Positions 34,084 through 45,097 of a DNA stretch of 64,000 bases are shown here, piece after piece. Origin of the DNA: an uncultured Actinomycetota bacterium (lineage in GTDB: Bacteria; Actinomycetota; Actinomycetes; Mycobacteriales; Mycobacteriaceae); assembly GCA_963798405.1 (NCBI GenBank), contig CAWCTU010000006.1:17667-81666 (forward strand). Reading direction: 5' to 3'. How positions within the stretch are numbered: position 1 is the first letter of the stretch; the number at the start of each line of letters is the position of its first letter. The notes under the pieces are model-generated. The model worked only from the letters and a program-made list of their open reading frames with translations. It ran no database searches and was not told where the DNA came from. Both the position numbers and the translations under genes were made by a program.

Positions 34084-34502
34084 CAGCGCGTCTTCGCCTG
34101 CGACTTCGGCTGCACCAACCTGCTGGCGATCCAGTCGCCGAGATTGGCCGACGACGTCTGCGTCAGCCCTGCCGTCGGAGCCGACTCCGCGATCTCCGCG
34201 GGCAGCACGTGCCCCGGCTGGCCTGTCTTCGGGGTGACGACCCAGATCACGCCGTCCTCGGCGAGCGGCGTGATCGCGTCCATCAGACGATCGACGAGGT
34301 CTCCGTCGTCGTCACGCCACCACAGAAGCACGACGTCGACGACGTCGTCCGAGTCCTCGTCAAGCAGCTCGCTGCCTGCGACTTCCTCGATGTCCAGGCG
34401 GATGTCGTCGTCGCTGTCCTCGTCCCACCCCAACTCTTGGACAACCTGATTCTTCTCGATGCCCAGTTTTAGGGCGTAGCCCGGCGAGTCCGCCGCTACC
34501 AC
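34083..34502 (-). CDS. DUF3052 protein (Rv2239c-like)
   Basis: QELGWDEDSD, VVLLWWR and IWVVTPK motifs. Confidence 0.9.
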   Translation of the reverse strand: MVAADSPGYALKLGIEKNQVVQELGWDEDSDDDIRLDIEEVAGSELLDEDSDDVVDVVLLWWRDDDGDLVDRLMDAITPLAEDGVIWVVTPKTGQPGHVLPAEIAESAPTAGLTQTSSANLGDWIASRLVQPKSQAKTR

Positions 34503-34586
34503 CGTGTCCTCCTTCAGCCTGCGAATCTGCTCGGCCTTATAGTCGCACGCCCACCGCACCGACTCACGCCAGGCGGCGAGGTTTGG

Positions 34587-35162
34587 TCAATACCCGGCGT
34601 CGCACAGCTGCAGCGCGGTCCGCCTCGTGTCGTTCATCCGACCGCTCGAGGCGTTGAATTCGTTGAACCCGGCATTGTTGGCGATGGTGCCCGAAACCGC
34701 CCTCGCGGCGGTCACGTAGTCGTTGAGCGCCGCCGACAACTGCGGCGAGAGCGTCGACGACAGGTTGGTCGTGACGACGTCCGCCGTCCGGTTGAGCGCA
34801 TCGATCGCGGGTTGCTTCTTGGCCGCGGCGTCGCCGCTCTGGGCGTTGTACGCGCGGACGTACTCGTTGACCGCGTCGATCGCATCGACGCTGCTCGAGC
34901 TCAGCGCGTCGCAGGCAGAGTGCAGCGCCTGCTTGGACAACGTGACGAGCCGTTGGGATTCGCGCGCGCTGGAACTGGACATGGAGTCCTCGATGGATGC
35001 CGACACCGATGCGCGATACATCGGGGCGTCGGCGCGGTCGATCGTCGACGTTCCCTGCGTGACGGCCTCGCATCCCACGACGACCATCGCAACGGCGGCA
35101 AGCACTCCCGCCAGGAGCGTCACCGCGCGCAGGGAGGCCCGTCGACGCCACCAACCGATCAC
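34587..35162 (-). CDS. Putative lipoprotein (Rv2240c-like)
   Basis: Basic N-terminus, hydrophobic segment, VVVGC lipobox-like site, helical body; synteny. Confidence 0.7.
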   Translation of the reverse strand: MIGWWRRRASLRAVTLLAGVLAAVAMVVVGCEAVTQGTSTIDRADAPMYRASVSASIEDSMSSSSARESQRLVTLSKQALHSACDALSSSSVDAIDAVNEYVRAYNAQSGDAAAKKQPAIDALNRTADVVTTNLSSTLSPQLSAALNDYVTAARAVSGTIANNAGFNEFNASSGRMNDTRRTALQLCDAGY

Positions 35163-35300
35163 AGCCTCCAGACGGTACCGGTTGCACGTGCCGGTCGCCG
35201 GTTCATCCCAGTACGTCACCCCCCGGCCGCATCTACGGCACGATAGGGGGACGATGGGACAGCGATCAGCACCCCATCCCGCCAACCGAGGAGTAGCGCG

Positions 35301-38093
35301 TTGACGACCGAGTTCGCACGCCAGGACCTTGCCCAAAACTCCACCACCTCAGGCGAACCCGATCGCGTCCGGGTGATCCGCGAAGGGGTTGCCTCCTACC
35401 TGCCCGACATCGACCCCGACGAAACCAGGCGAATGGCTGGAATCGTTCGACGAAATGCTCGAGCGGTCCGGGCCTGCCCGGGCGCGTTATCTGATGCTGC
35501 GTCTGCTCGAACGCTCCGGCGAGCAGCGCGTGGCGATCCCGGCGCTGACGTCGACCGACTACGTCAACACGATCCCGACCGAGCTCGAGCCGTGGTTTCC
35601 TGGCGACGAGGACGTCGAGCGACGCTATCGCGCCTGGATCCGCTGGAACGCGGCCATCATGGTGCACCGCGCGCAACGACCGGGAGTTGGTGTCGGCGGC
35701 CATATTTCGACGTACGCGTCGTCGGCCGCGCTGTACGAGGTCGGCTTCAACCACTTCTTCCGCGGCAAAGCGCACCCCGGCGGCGGCGACCAGGTGTTCA
35801 TCCAGGGCCACGCCTCCCCCGGCATCTACGCGCGCGCCTTCCTCGAAGGCCGGCTGACCGCGGACCAACTCGACGGCTTCCGCCAGGAGCACAGCCATCC
35901 GGGCGGCGGACTGCCGTCGTACCCGCACCCGCGCCTGATGCCCACGTTCTGGGAGTTCCCGACGGTGTCGATGGGGCTTGGCCCGATGAACGCCATCTAC
36001 CAGGCCCGCTTCAACCACTACCTGCACGATCGCGGCATCAAGGACACCTCCGACCAGCACGTGTGGGCGTTCCTGGGCGACGGGGAGACCGACGAGCCCG
36101 AGAGCCGCGGCCTGGCCCACGTCGCCGCCACTCGAGGGCCTGGACAACCTGACGTTCGTCATCAACTGCAACCTGCAGCGCCTCGACGGCCCGGTCCGCG
36201 GCAACGGGAAGATCATCCAGGAACTGGAGTCGTTCTTCCGCGGCGCAGGCTGGAACGTCATCAAGGTGGTGTGGGGCCGCGAATGGGACGCGCTGCTGCA
36301 CGCCGACAAGGACGGCGCGCTGGTCAACCTGATGAACACCACGCCCGACGGTGACTTCCAGACCTACAAGGCCAACGACGGCGCCTACGTCCGCGACCAC
36401 TTCTTCGGCCGCGACCCGCGCACCAAGGCACTGGTCGAGCCGATGTCGGATCAGGAGATCTGGAATCTCAAGCGCGGTGGTCACGACTACCGCAAGGTCT
36501 ATGCCGCGTACCGGCAAGCGGTCGAGCACAAGGGTCAGCCGACGGTGATCCTGGCGCACACGATCAAGGGCTACACGCTGGGCGCGCACTTCGAGGGCCG
36601 CAACGCCACGCACCAGATGAAGAAGCTCGCGCTGGACGACCTGAAGAACTTCCGCGACGCGACCCGCGTGCCCATCTCCGACGAAGCGCTCGAGGAAAAC
36701 CCGTACCTGCCGCCGTACTACCACCCTGGGCCCGGACGCACCGGAGATCCGGTACCTGCTCGACCGGCGCCGGACCCTCGGCGGGTTCCTTCCGGAGCGG
36801 CGCAACAAGGCGAAGGTGCTCACGCTGCCGGGCCCCGATGCCTACAAGCAGGTCAAGAAGGGATCGGGAACGCAGGCGGTCGCCACCACCATGGCGGTCG
36901 TCCGCACGTTCAAGGAGTTGTTGCGGGACAAGGAGATTGGCAAGCGCATCGTCCCGATCATTCCGGACGAGGCCCGCACCTTCGGCATGGACTCGTGGTT
37001 CCCGAGCCTGAAGATCTACAACCGCAACGGGCAGCTGTACACGGCGGTCGACGCCGAACTCATGTTGGCCTACAAGGAAAGTGAGATCGGCCAGATCCTG
37101 CACGAGGGCATCAACGAAGCGGGGTCGACGGCGTCGTTCACCGCGGTCGGCACCTCGTACTCGACCCAGAACGAGCCGATGATCCCGATCTACATCTTCT
37201 ACTCGATGTTCGGGTTCCAGCGCACGGGCGACGGTCTCTGGGCGGCCGCCGACCAGATGGCGCGCGGGTTCGTCCTCGGCGCAACCGCAGGGCGGACGAC
37301 GCTGACCGGCGAGGGCCTGCAGCACGCCGACGGTCATTCGTTGTTGTTGGCGTCCACGAATCCTGCTGTGGTTGCCTATGATCCGGCGTTCGCCTACGAG
37401 ATCGCCCACATCGTGGAGAACGGCTTGTCGCGGATGTACGGCGAGAACCCGGAGAACGTCTTCTACTACATCACCATCTACAACGAGCCCTACGTTCAGC
37501 CGGCCGAGCCCGCCGACTTCGATCCCGAGGGCCTGCTGCGCGGCATCTACCGCTATCGCGCCGCGAAGGAGAAGCGTTCCAGCACCGCGCAGATCCTGGC
37601 CTCGGGGGTCGCCATGCCCGAGGCGATCCGTGCGGCCGACATGCTCGCCGCCGACTGGGACGTCGCCGCCGACGTGTGGTCCGTGACCAGCTGGGGCGAG
37701 CTCAACCGCGACGGCGTCGCTGCCGAGAAGGAGCAGTTGCGACATCCCGAGCGCCCGGCGGCGGTTCCGTACGTCACGAAGGTCCTCGCCGATACGACCG
37801 GACCGGCCGTCGCGGTCACCGACTGGATGCGCGGCGTGCCCGAATTGATCCGACCGTGGGTGCCCAACACCTACGTCACCCTCGGTACCGACGGCTTCGG
37901 CTTCTCCGACACCCGCCCTGCCGCGCGGCGCTACTTCAACACCGATGCCGAATCGGTGGTCGTGGCGGTTCTCGAGGCGCTGGCGCGCGACGGTGAGATC
38001 GACCCCTCGGTAGGGATTGCGGCCGCCAAGGAGTACAAGATCGACGACGTTCTGGCGGCGGGCGTGTCCTTCGCCGACACCGGGAGCGCCTGA
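35301..38093 (+). CDS. aceE: Pyruvate dehydrogenase E1; frameshifts near 35427, 36135 and 36735
   Basis: [41 protein letters not shown] and GEGLQH motifs. Confidence 0.96.
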
Positions 38094-38176
38094 GCCCAGC
38101 CGCTCACGAAGCCGCCGCGCCCCGTGCATCGCTCCGTTTGGAGGAATCCGCTAGAAAAGGGGCGTAGCTTTTAGGG

Positions 38177-39597
38177 ATGGCTGACAACACCGGGGCGAGC
38201 GAAGCGACGGGAAAGGCGCAGGGGCGAGCGAAGCGACGGGAAAACCCGAGCGGGCGACGGCGCAAGCCTCGCTCGAACTGCTGAACGCCATCCCGGAGTC
38301 ACTGCTGCGTCGCGTCAAGCAGCACTCCGGGCGGTTGTCCACCGAGGCCGTCCACGTCATGGGTGAGCGGCTGCCGTTCTTCGCCGAGCTCGAGGCCTCC
38401 CAGCGCGCCAGCGTCCAGCTCGTCGTGCAGACCGCGCTGGTCAACTTCGCCGAGTGGACGCGCAACCCCAGCGGCGACGTGGGGTACACCGCCGAAGCGT
38501 TCGCGCTGGTGCCCCAGGAACTGACGCGACGGATCGCGCTGCGGCAGACCGTCGACATGGTGCGGGTCACGATGGAGCACTTCGAGGACGCGGTGCCCAT
38601 GCTCGGCCGCAACCCCGAGCAGGTGACGGCTCTGACCGTGCTGATCCTGCGGTACAGCCGCAACCTCGCGTTCGCGGCGGCGTCGGGATACGCCGATGCC
38701 GCTGAGGCGCGCGGCGCGTGGGACACCCGGATGGAGGCCAATGTCGTCGATGCCGTCGTCCGCGGCAAGGTCGGGCCCGAATTGCAATCGCAAGCGGCAG
38801 CGCTGAATTGGGACGCGACCGAGGCGGCGACGGTCATCGTCGGGTTGCCGCGCCCCGATCGGGTCGACCTGGCCAGCGAGGACGTCCACGAGATCGTCAA
38901 CCGCAACGGCCGCGCGGCACTGTCCGACGTGCACGGCACGTGGCTGGTGGCGATCGTGTCGGGCCGCCTGTCGCCCACCGACCGCGACCGCTTCCTCGCC
39001 GAACTGCTCGAGGTGTTCGCCGACGGACCCGTCGTGATCGGACCTACGGCCTCATCGCTGACGGCGGCGCACCACAGTGCCGTCGAGGCGATCGCGGGGA
39101 TGAATGCGGTCGCGGGGTGGAGCGGTGCGCCGCGCCCAGTTGCGGCTCGCGAGCTGCTGCCGGAGCGGGCGTTGTCGGGTGACCCCACGGCGATCGCCGC
39201 GCTCCGCGCGGAGGTCATGCACCCGTTGTCCGACGCCGGTCCGGCGCTCAGCGAAACCCTCGATGCGTACCTCGACTCGGGAGGCGCGATCGAGGCGTGC
39301 GCGCGGCAATTGTTCGTTCATCCAAACACCGTCCGATACCGGCTCAAACGGATCGCGGATTTCACCGGGCGCGATCCCACGGTCCCCCGTGATGCGTACG
39401 TTCTGCGGGTGGCCGCGACGGTCGCTCGCATCGGTCGCCAGGCAGCACTTTCCAGCACGCCAAATGGCATTGTGATGCAGGTAACTCCTGGCGTTTTGGG
39501 TCCGTTCGGGCAAGTCCACGCAAGATCAGTAGGTCGCGGTTCGGTGTCGACAACGTTGCATGACCGGCCGTTTTGTGGACTACCTACAAAAACTTAA
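38177..39597 (+). CDS. mabR: PucR-family regulator of FAS-II (Rv2242/MabR); frameshift near 38218
   Basis: C-terminal ARQLFVHPNTVRYRL HTH; position between aceE and fabD. Confidence 0.9.
38192..38243 (+). repeat. Two copies of the 23-mer GGGGCGAGCGAAGCGACGGGAAA
   Basis: Identical copies at 38192-38214 and 38221-38243; each reads GASEATGK. Confidence 0.9.
39571..39591. promoter_or_regulatory. MabR operator TTTTGT-N9-ACAAAA
   Basis: Perfect palindrome upstream of fabD, matching the described MabR site in the fasII promoter. Confidence 0.85.
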
Positions 39598-39656
39598 GAC
39601 GAGGTTCATAATCTCTTACACCGCGCAAACCCGTCTTCACAGTGTTTTCTTAATCC

Positions 39657-40590
39657 GTGCCCCAAGAACCCTTAATTGCGCTGCTCGCTCCCGGACAGGG
39701 ATCGCAGACGCCCGGCATGCTCGTGCCGTGGCTCGAGCTGGCCGGTACGGGCGAGCGCATCGCGACGTGGTCGGAGATCAGCGGCCTTGACTTGGCCCGG
39801 CTCGGCACCGTCGCGACGGCCGACGAGATCACCGATACGGCGGTCACTCAGCCTCTCGTGGTGGCCACCACCCTGCTTGGCGCACGAGGAGCTGACCAAG
39901 AGGGGCCTGTTGGCGAACGCGTCGACCATCGTCGCGGGCCATTCCGTCGGCGAGATCGCCGCCTACGCGATCGCCGGACTGATCACGGCCGACGAAGCAG
40001 TGTCGCTGGCTTCCGTTCGCGGCGCCGAGATGGCCAAGGCCTGCGCGAGCGAGCCGACCGGCATGGCTGCAGTGCTCGGCGGCGACGAGGCCGAAGTCCT
40101 CGCCCGCCTCGACGCACTCGACCTCGTCGCCGCCAACCGCAATGCCGCTGGCCAGATCGTCGCCGCGGGCGCGAAGTCGGCCTTGGAGAAGCTCGCAGAG
40201 GATCCTCCCGCCAAGGCCAGGGTCCGGGTGCTCGCGACGGCCGGCGCCTTCCACACGCATTACATGGCGTCCGCGCTCGACGGGTACTCCGCCGCCGCTC
40301 GGGGCGTCACGGCCGGCGAACCGACCACCAGCGTGCTGTCCAATCGGGACGGTCAGCCGGTATCCTCTGCCCAAGACGCGATGGAGAAGCTCGTCGCGCA
40401 GTTGACCAGCCCGGTGCGATGGGATCTGTGCACCGAGACCATGCGTACCCGCGAGGTCACGGCAATTGTCGAATTCCCGCCTGCCGGAACGCTTGTCGGC
40501 ATCGCGAAACGTGAACTTCGGGGTGTGCCGACGTACGCCGTCAAGACCCCCGCAGACCTGGATGGGCTCGCCGAGCTCACACAGACCTGA
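39657..40590 (+). CDS. fabD: Malonyl-CoA:ACP transacylase; frameshift near 39878
   Basis: LLAPGQGSQ, GHSVGE, AGAFHT and SPVRW motifs. Confidence 0.95.
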
Positions 40591-40688
40591 TAGCCGGCTC
40601 CGCCGGAAAGCAGTAACAACCGCAGGAAACGTCAAGATCGGCACTCCACCGTGGAGTGCCTGACCACGAAAAGATAGAAGGAGCCACC

Positions 40689-40982
40689 ATGGGCGCCAGC
40701 CAGGCAGAAATCATCTCGGGTCTCGCCGAGATCATCGAAGAGGTCACCGGCATCGAGCCGTCCGAGGTCACCCCGGAGAAGTCGTTCGTCGACGACCTGG
40801 ACATCGACTCGCTGTCGATGGTCGAGATCGCGGTGCAGACCGAGGACAAGTACGGCGTGAAGATCCCCGACGAGGACCTCGCGGGTCTGCGCACCGTCGG
40901 TGACGTCGTCGCCTACATCCAGAAGCTCGAGGAAGAGAACCCCGAGGCTGCCGCAGCGCTGCGCGATAAGTTCGCACAGTGA
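40689..40982 (+). CDS. acpM: Meromycolate extension acyl carrier protein
   Basis: [12 protein letters not shown] motif; GAAGGAG RBS. Confidence 0.97.
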   Translation: MGASQAEIISGLAEIIEEVTGIEPSEVTPEKSFVDDLDIDSLSMVEIAVQTEDKYGVKIPDEDLAGLRTVGDVVAYIQKLEEENPEAAAALRDKFAQ

Positions 40983-42230
40983 CCCGTCCTTCCACTGCCA
41001 ACGGTGGTTTCCCCAGCGTCGTCGTGACCGCCGTCACGGCGACCACTGCGCTCGCTCCGGACATCGAAAGCACGTGGAAGGGTCTGCTGGCGGGCGAAAG
41101 CGGCATCCGCGTGCTCGATGACGCCGTTCGTCGACAAGTGGGACCTTCAGGTCAAGATCGGCGGGCACCTCGCGGAGCCCCTCGATCCCCTGATGTCCCG
41201 CCTGGAACACCGTCGTATGTCCTACGTCCAGCGGATGTCGAAGTACGTCGGCAATCAGTTGTGGGAGAACGCCGGTAAGCCCGAGGTCGATCCCGACCGT
41301 TTCTCGGTCGTGATCGGCACGGGTCTCGGCGGCGGCGAGAAGATCGTCGAGATGTACGACGCGATGAACGAGGGCGGCCCCCGCAAGGTATCTCCGCTCG
41401 CCGTTCAGATGGTCATGCCCAACGGTGCGGCCGCGGTCGTGGGTCTCGAACTCGGGGCCCGCGCCGGGGTCATCACCCCGGTGTCGGCCTGTTCGTCGGG
41501 CTCGGAGGCCATCGCTCACGCGTGGCGTCAGATCGTGATGGGTGACGCGGACTTCGCCGTGTGCGGTGGCGTGGAAGGCATGATCGAGGCATTGCCCATC
41601 GCGGCGTTCTCGATGATGCGGGCCATGTCGACCAGGAACGACGATCCCGAGGCTGCCTCGCGACCGTTCGACAAGAACCGTGACGGATTCGTCTTCGGCG
41701 AAGCCGGGGCGATGATGATCATCGAGACCGAGGAGCATGCGAAGGCCCGCGGCGCCACGCCGTTGGCCAGGATCATGGGTGCGGGCATCTCGTCGGACGC
41801 GTACCACATGGTCGCGCCGGCACCGGATGGTCTGCGAGCCGGGCACGCAATGAAGCGCGCCATGGAAACGGCGGGGTTGTCGCCTTCGGACATCAACCAC
41901 GTCAACGCCCACGCGACGTCCACGTCGATCGGTGACGTGGCCGAGGCGAATGCCATCAGGAACGCAGGCGTCCAACACGCTGCGGTCTACGCGCCGAAGT
42001 CGGCGCTGGGCCACTCGATCGGTGCGGTAGGCGCCCTGGAGTCGATCCTGACCGTGATGGCGCTGCGCGACGGCGTGATCCCTCCGACACTGAACTACGA
42101 GACGCCCGACCCCGAGATCGATCTCGATGTCGTCGCGGGTGAGCCTCGTTACGGCGACTACCAGTACGCCATCAACAACTCGTTCGGTTTCGGTGGACAC
42201 AATGTCGCTCTAGCCTTCGGGCGTTACTGA
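40979..42230 (+). CDS. kasA: Beta-ketoacyl-ACP synthase KasA; frameshift near 41122
   Basis: [22 protein letters not shown] and [10 protein letters not shown] motifs. Confidence 0.96.
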
Positions 42231-42255
42231 CAGAGAGGGATGTTCAGGAGCAGTA

Positions 42256-43510
42256 ATGGCAGGGTTGAGCACAGGGAATGGACTTCCCGATGTAGTCGTC
42301 ACCGGATTTGCCATGACGACTGCCCTGGCAACGGATGCGGACAGCACCTGGAAGGCACTGCTCGACGGACAGAGCGGCATTCGCACTCTGGATGACCCGT
42401 TCATCGAGGAGTTCGACCTGCCGGTCCGCATCGGCGGGCATCTGCTGGAGGACTTCGACGGAGAGCTGACGCGGGTCGAACTGCGTCGGCTCTCCTACCT
42501 CCAGAAGATGTCGACGGTCATCAGTCGGCGGGCCTGGGAGCACGCCGGGTCCCCCGAAGTGGATCCCAAACGGTTGATGGTGTCGATCGGCACCGGTCTG
42601 GGCTCCGCCGAGGAACTGGTCTTCGCCTACGAGGCGATGCGGGCCAACGGACTGCGGGCGGTGTCGCCACTGGCCGTGCAGATGTACATGCCCAACTCGG
42701 CGGCAGCCGCCGTCGGGCTGGAACGACACGCGAGGGCAGGGGTCACCACGCTGATCTCCGCCTGCGCATCGGGTTCGGAAGGCATCGCGAACGCCTGGCG
42801 GCAGATCGTGCTCGGCGAGGCCGACGTCGCGATCTGCGGTGGCGTCGAGACCAGGATCGAAGCGGTGCCCGATCGCAGGGTTCGCACAGATGCGAATCGT
42901 GTTGTCCACCACCAACGATGACCCGGCAGGTGCGTGCCGGCCCTTCGATCGGGACCGCAACGGTTTCGTCTTCGGCGAGGGAGGTGCGCTGCTGGTCATC
43001 GAAACCGAGGAACACGCAAGGGCGCGTGGGGCCAACATCCTCGCCCGTCTGATGGGCGCCAGCGTCACCTCGGACGGGTACCACATCGTGGCGCCCGACC
43101 CCAACGGTGAACAGGCCGGGCATGCCATCACCCGCGCCATCCAGCTGGCCGGTCTCACCCCTGGTGACATCGACCACGTCAATGCCCACGCCACCGGCAC
43201 CTCCGTCGGCGACGTCGCCGAGGGAAAGGCGATCAACAACGCCCTGGGCAGCAGCAGGCCCGCGGTGTACGCACCGAAGGGTGCGCTCGGCCATTCCGTC
43301 GGAGCGGTCGGAGCCGTGGAGTCGATCCTGACCGTCATGGCGCTGCGGGACGGCGTCATTCCCCCCACACTGAACTTGCGCAACCTCGACCCGGAGATCG
43401 ATCTGGACGTCGTTGCCGGGGAACCCCGCGTCGGTAACTACCAGTACGCGGTCAACAACTCGTTCGGATTCGGCGGTCACAACGTAGCGCTCGCCTTCGG
43501 GAAGTACTGA
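42256..43510 (+). CDS. kasB: Beta-ketoacyl-ACP synthase KasB; frameshift near 42870
   Basis: ISACASG, NAHATGT and GHSVGA motifs; second KAS gene of the operon. Confidence 0.95.
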
Positions 43511-43580
43511 CAAGGAAGTTCCAAGTCGGCGCGTCCAACCTTGACCTAGCTGACTCGAAACACAATCCACAGGAGACCAG

Positions 43581-45002
43581 ATGACGATCACCGCCCCCGA
43601 GAAGGTCGGCGAATCGCTCGACCCCCGGGACCCGCTGCTGCGACTGGAGACGTTCTTCGACGACGGAACCGTCGAACTACTGCACGAGCGCGACAAGTCC
43701 GGCGTGCTGGCCGCAGGCGGCACCGTCAATGGCGTACGCACCATTGCCTTTTGCACCGACGGCACCGTCATGGGCGGCGCGATGGGCGTCGACGGCTGCA
43801 AGCACATCGTCGACGCCTACGACACCGCCATCGAGGAGCAGAGCCCGATCATCGGCATCTGGCACTCGGGCGGAGCCCGGCTCGCCGAGGGCGTCAAGGC
43901 GCTGCACGCCGTCGGCCTCGTCTTCGAGGCGATGATCCGCGCGTCGGGTTACATCCCGCAGATCTCCGTCGTCGTCGGGTTCGCCGCGGGCGGGGCCGCC
44001 TACGGTCCCGCACTGACGGACGTCGTCATCATGGCGCCCGAGGGCAGGGTCTTCGTCACCGGTCCGGACATCGTCCGAAGCGTCACCGGCGAGGACGTCG
44101 ACATGGCCTCCCTCGGCGGGCCCGATACGCATCACAAGAAGTCCGGCGTCTGCCACATCGTCGCCGATGACGAGCTGGACGCCTACGAACGCGGTCGTCG
44201 ACTGATCGGATTGTTCAGCCAGCAGGGGCATTTCGACCGCAACAAGGCCGAGGCCGGCGACACCGACCTGCGCGCACTGCTGCCCGATTCGGCTCGTCGC
44301 GCCTACGACGTCCACCCCTTGGTGTCCGCCCTTCTCGACGACGACGCACCCTTCGAGGAGTTCCAGTCCAAGTGGGCGCCGTCGATGGTGGTCGGCCTGG
44401 GCCGGTTGGCAGGCCGAAGCGTCGGCGTGCTGGCCAACAACCCGCTGCGGCTCGGCGGCTGCCTGAACTCCGAAAGCGCCGAGAAGGCCGCGCGTTTCGT
44501 GCGCCTGTGCGACGCGTTCGGCATTCCCATCGTCGTCGTCGTCGACGTGCCCGGCTACCTGCCCGGCGTCGACCAGGAGTGGGGCGGCGTGGTTCGTCGC
44601 GGCGCAAAACTGTTGCACGCCTTCGGTGAAGCCACCGTTCCGCGCGTCACGCTGGTCACCCGCAAGATCTACGGCGGGGCCTACATCGCGATGAATTCCC
44701 GGTCGCTGGGCGCGACGAAGGTGTTCGCGTGGCCGAACGCCGAAGTCGCCGTGATGGGCGCGAAGCCTGCCGTCGGCATCCTGCACAAGCGCACGCTCGC
44801 CGCGGCCGCGCCCGAGGACCGCGAGGCCCTGCACGAGCAGCTCGCGGCCGAACACGAGCGCATCGCGGGCGGGGTGGACAGCGCCATCGAGATCGGCGTC
44901 GTCGACGAGAAGATCGACCCAGCGCACACGCGTAGCCGGTTGACTCAGGCACTCGCCGAGGCACCTGCACGCCGCGGCAGGCACAAGAACATCCCGCTGT
45001 AA
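43581..45002 (+). CDS. accD6: Acyl-CoA carboxylase beta subunit AccD6
   Basis: SGGARLAEG, VDVPGYLPG and HKNIPL motifs; last gene of the fasII operon. Confidence 0.95.
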   Translation: MTITAPEKVGESLDPRDPLLRLETFFDDGTVELLHERDKSGVLAAGGTVNGVRTIAFCTDGTVMGGAMGVDGCKHIVDAYDTAIEEQSPIIGIWHSGGARLAEGVKALHAVGLVFEAMIRASGYIPQISVVVGFAAGGAAYGPALTDVVIMAPEGRVFVTGPDIVRSVTGEDVDMASLGGPDTHHKKSGVCHIVADDELDAYERGRRLIGLFSQQGHFDRNKAEAGDTDLRALLPDSARRAYDVHPLVSALLDDDAPFEEFQSKWAPSMVVGLGRLAGRSVGVLANNPLRLGGCLNSESAEKAARFVRLCDAFGIPIVVVVDVPGYLPGVDQEWGGVVRRGAKLLHAFGEATVPRVTLVTRKIYGGAYIAMNSRSLGATKVFAWPNAEVAVMGAKPAVGILHKRTLAAAAPEDREALHEQLAAEHERIAGGVDSAIEIGVVDEKIDPAHTRSRLTQALAEAPARRGRHKNIPL

Positions 45003-45057
45003 GCCGCACGAGCTCGCGGTGGCTCCGCGAGTGTGCCGATTTGAACGCATCGCCCGA

Positions 45058-45083
45058 GAGCGTGCGGACGAATCCGCACGCTC
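45058..45083. terminator. Hairpin between convergent accD6 and glpD
   Basis: GAGCGTGCGGA-cgaa-TCCGCACGCTC, a perfect 11-bp stem. Confidence 0.7.
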
Positions 45084-45097
45084 GAGGATGTCAACCG

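Noticed and set aside
38192-38243. CRISPR-like direct repeats
   Set aside because: Only two copies, 6 nt apart, and no cas genes.
35301-43510. Programmed frameshifting or pseudogenisation of aceE, fabD, kasA, kasB
   Set aside because: No consistent slippery sites, the genes are essential or core, and similar indels occur throughout the window; sequencing error is simpler.
41960-43510. Strong nucleotide similarity between two segments about 1.28 kb apart
   Set aside because: Explained by the known kasA/kasB paralogy.
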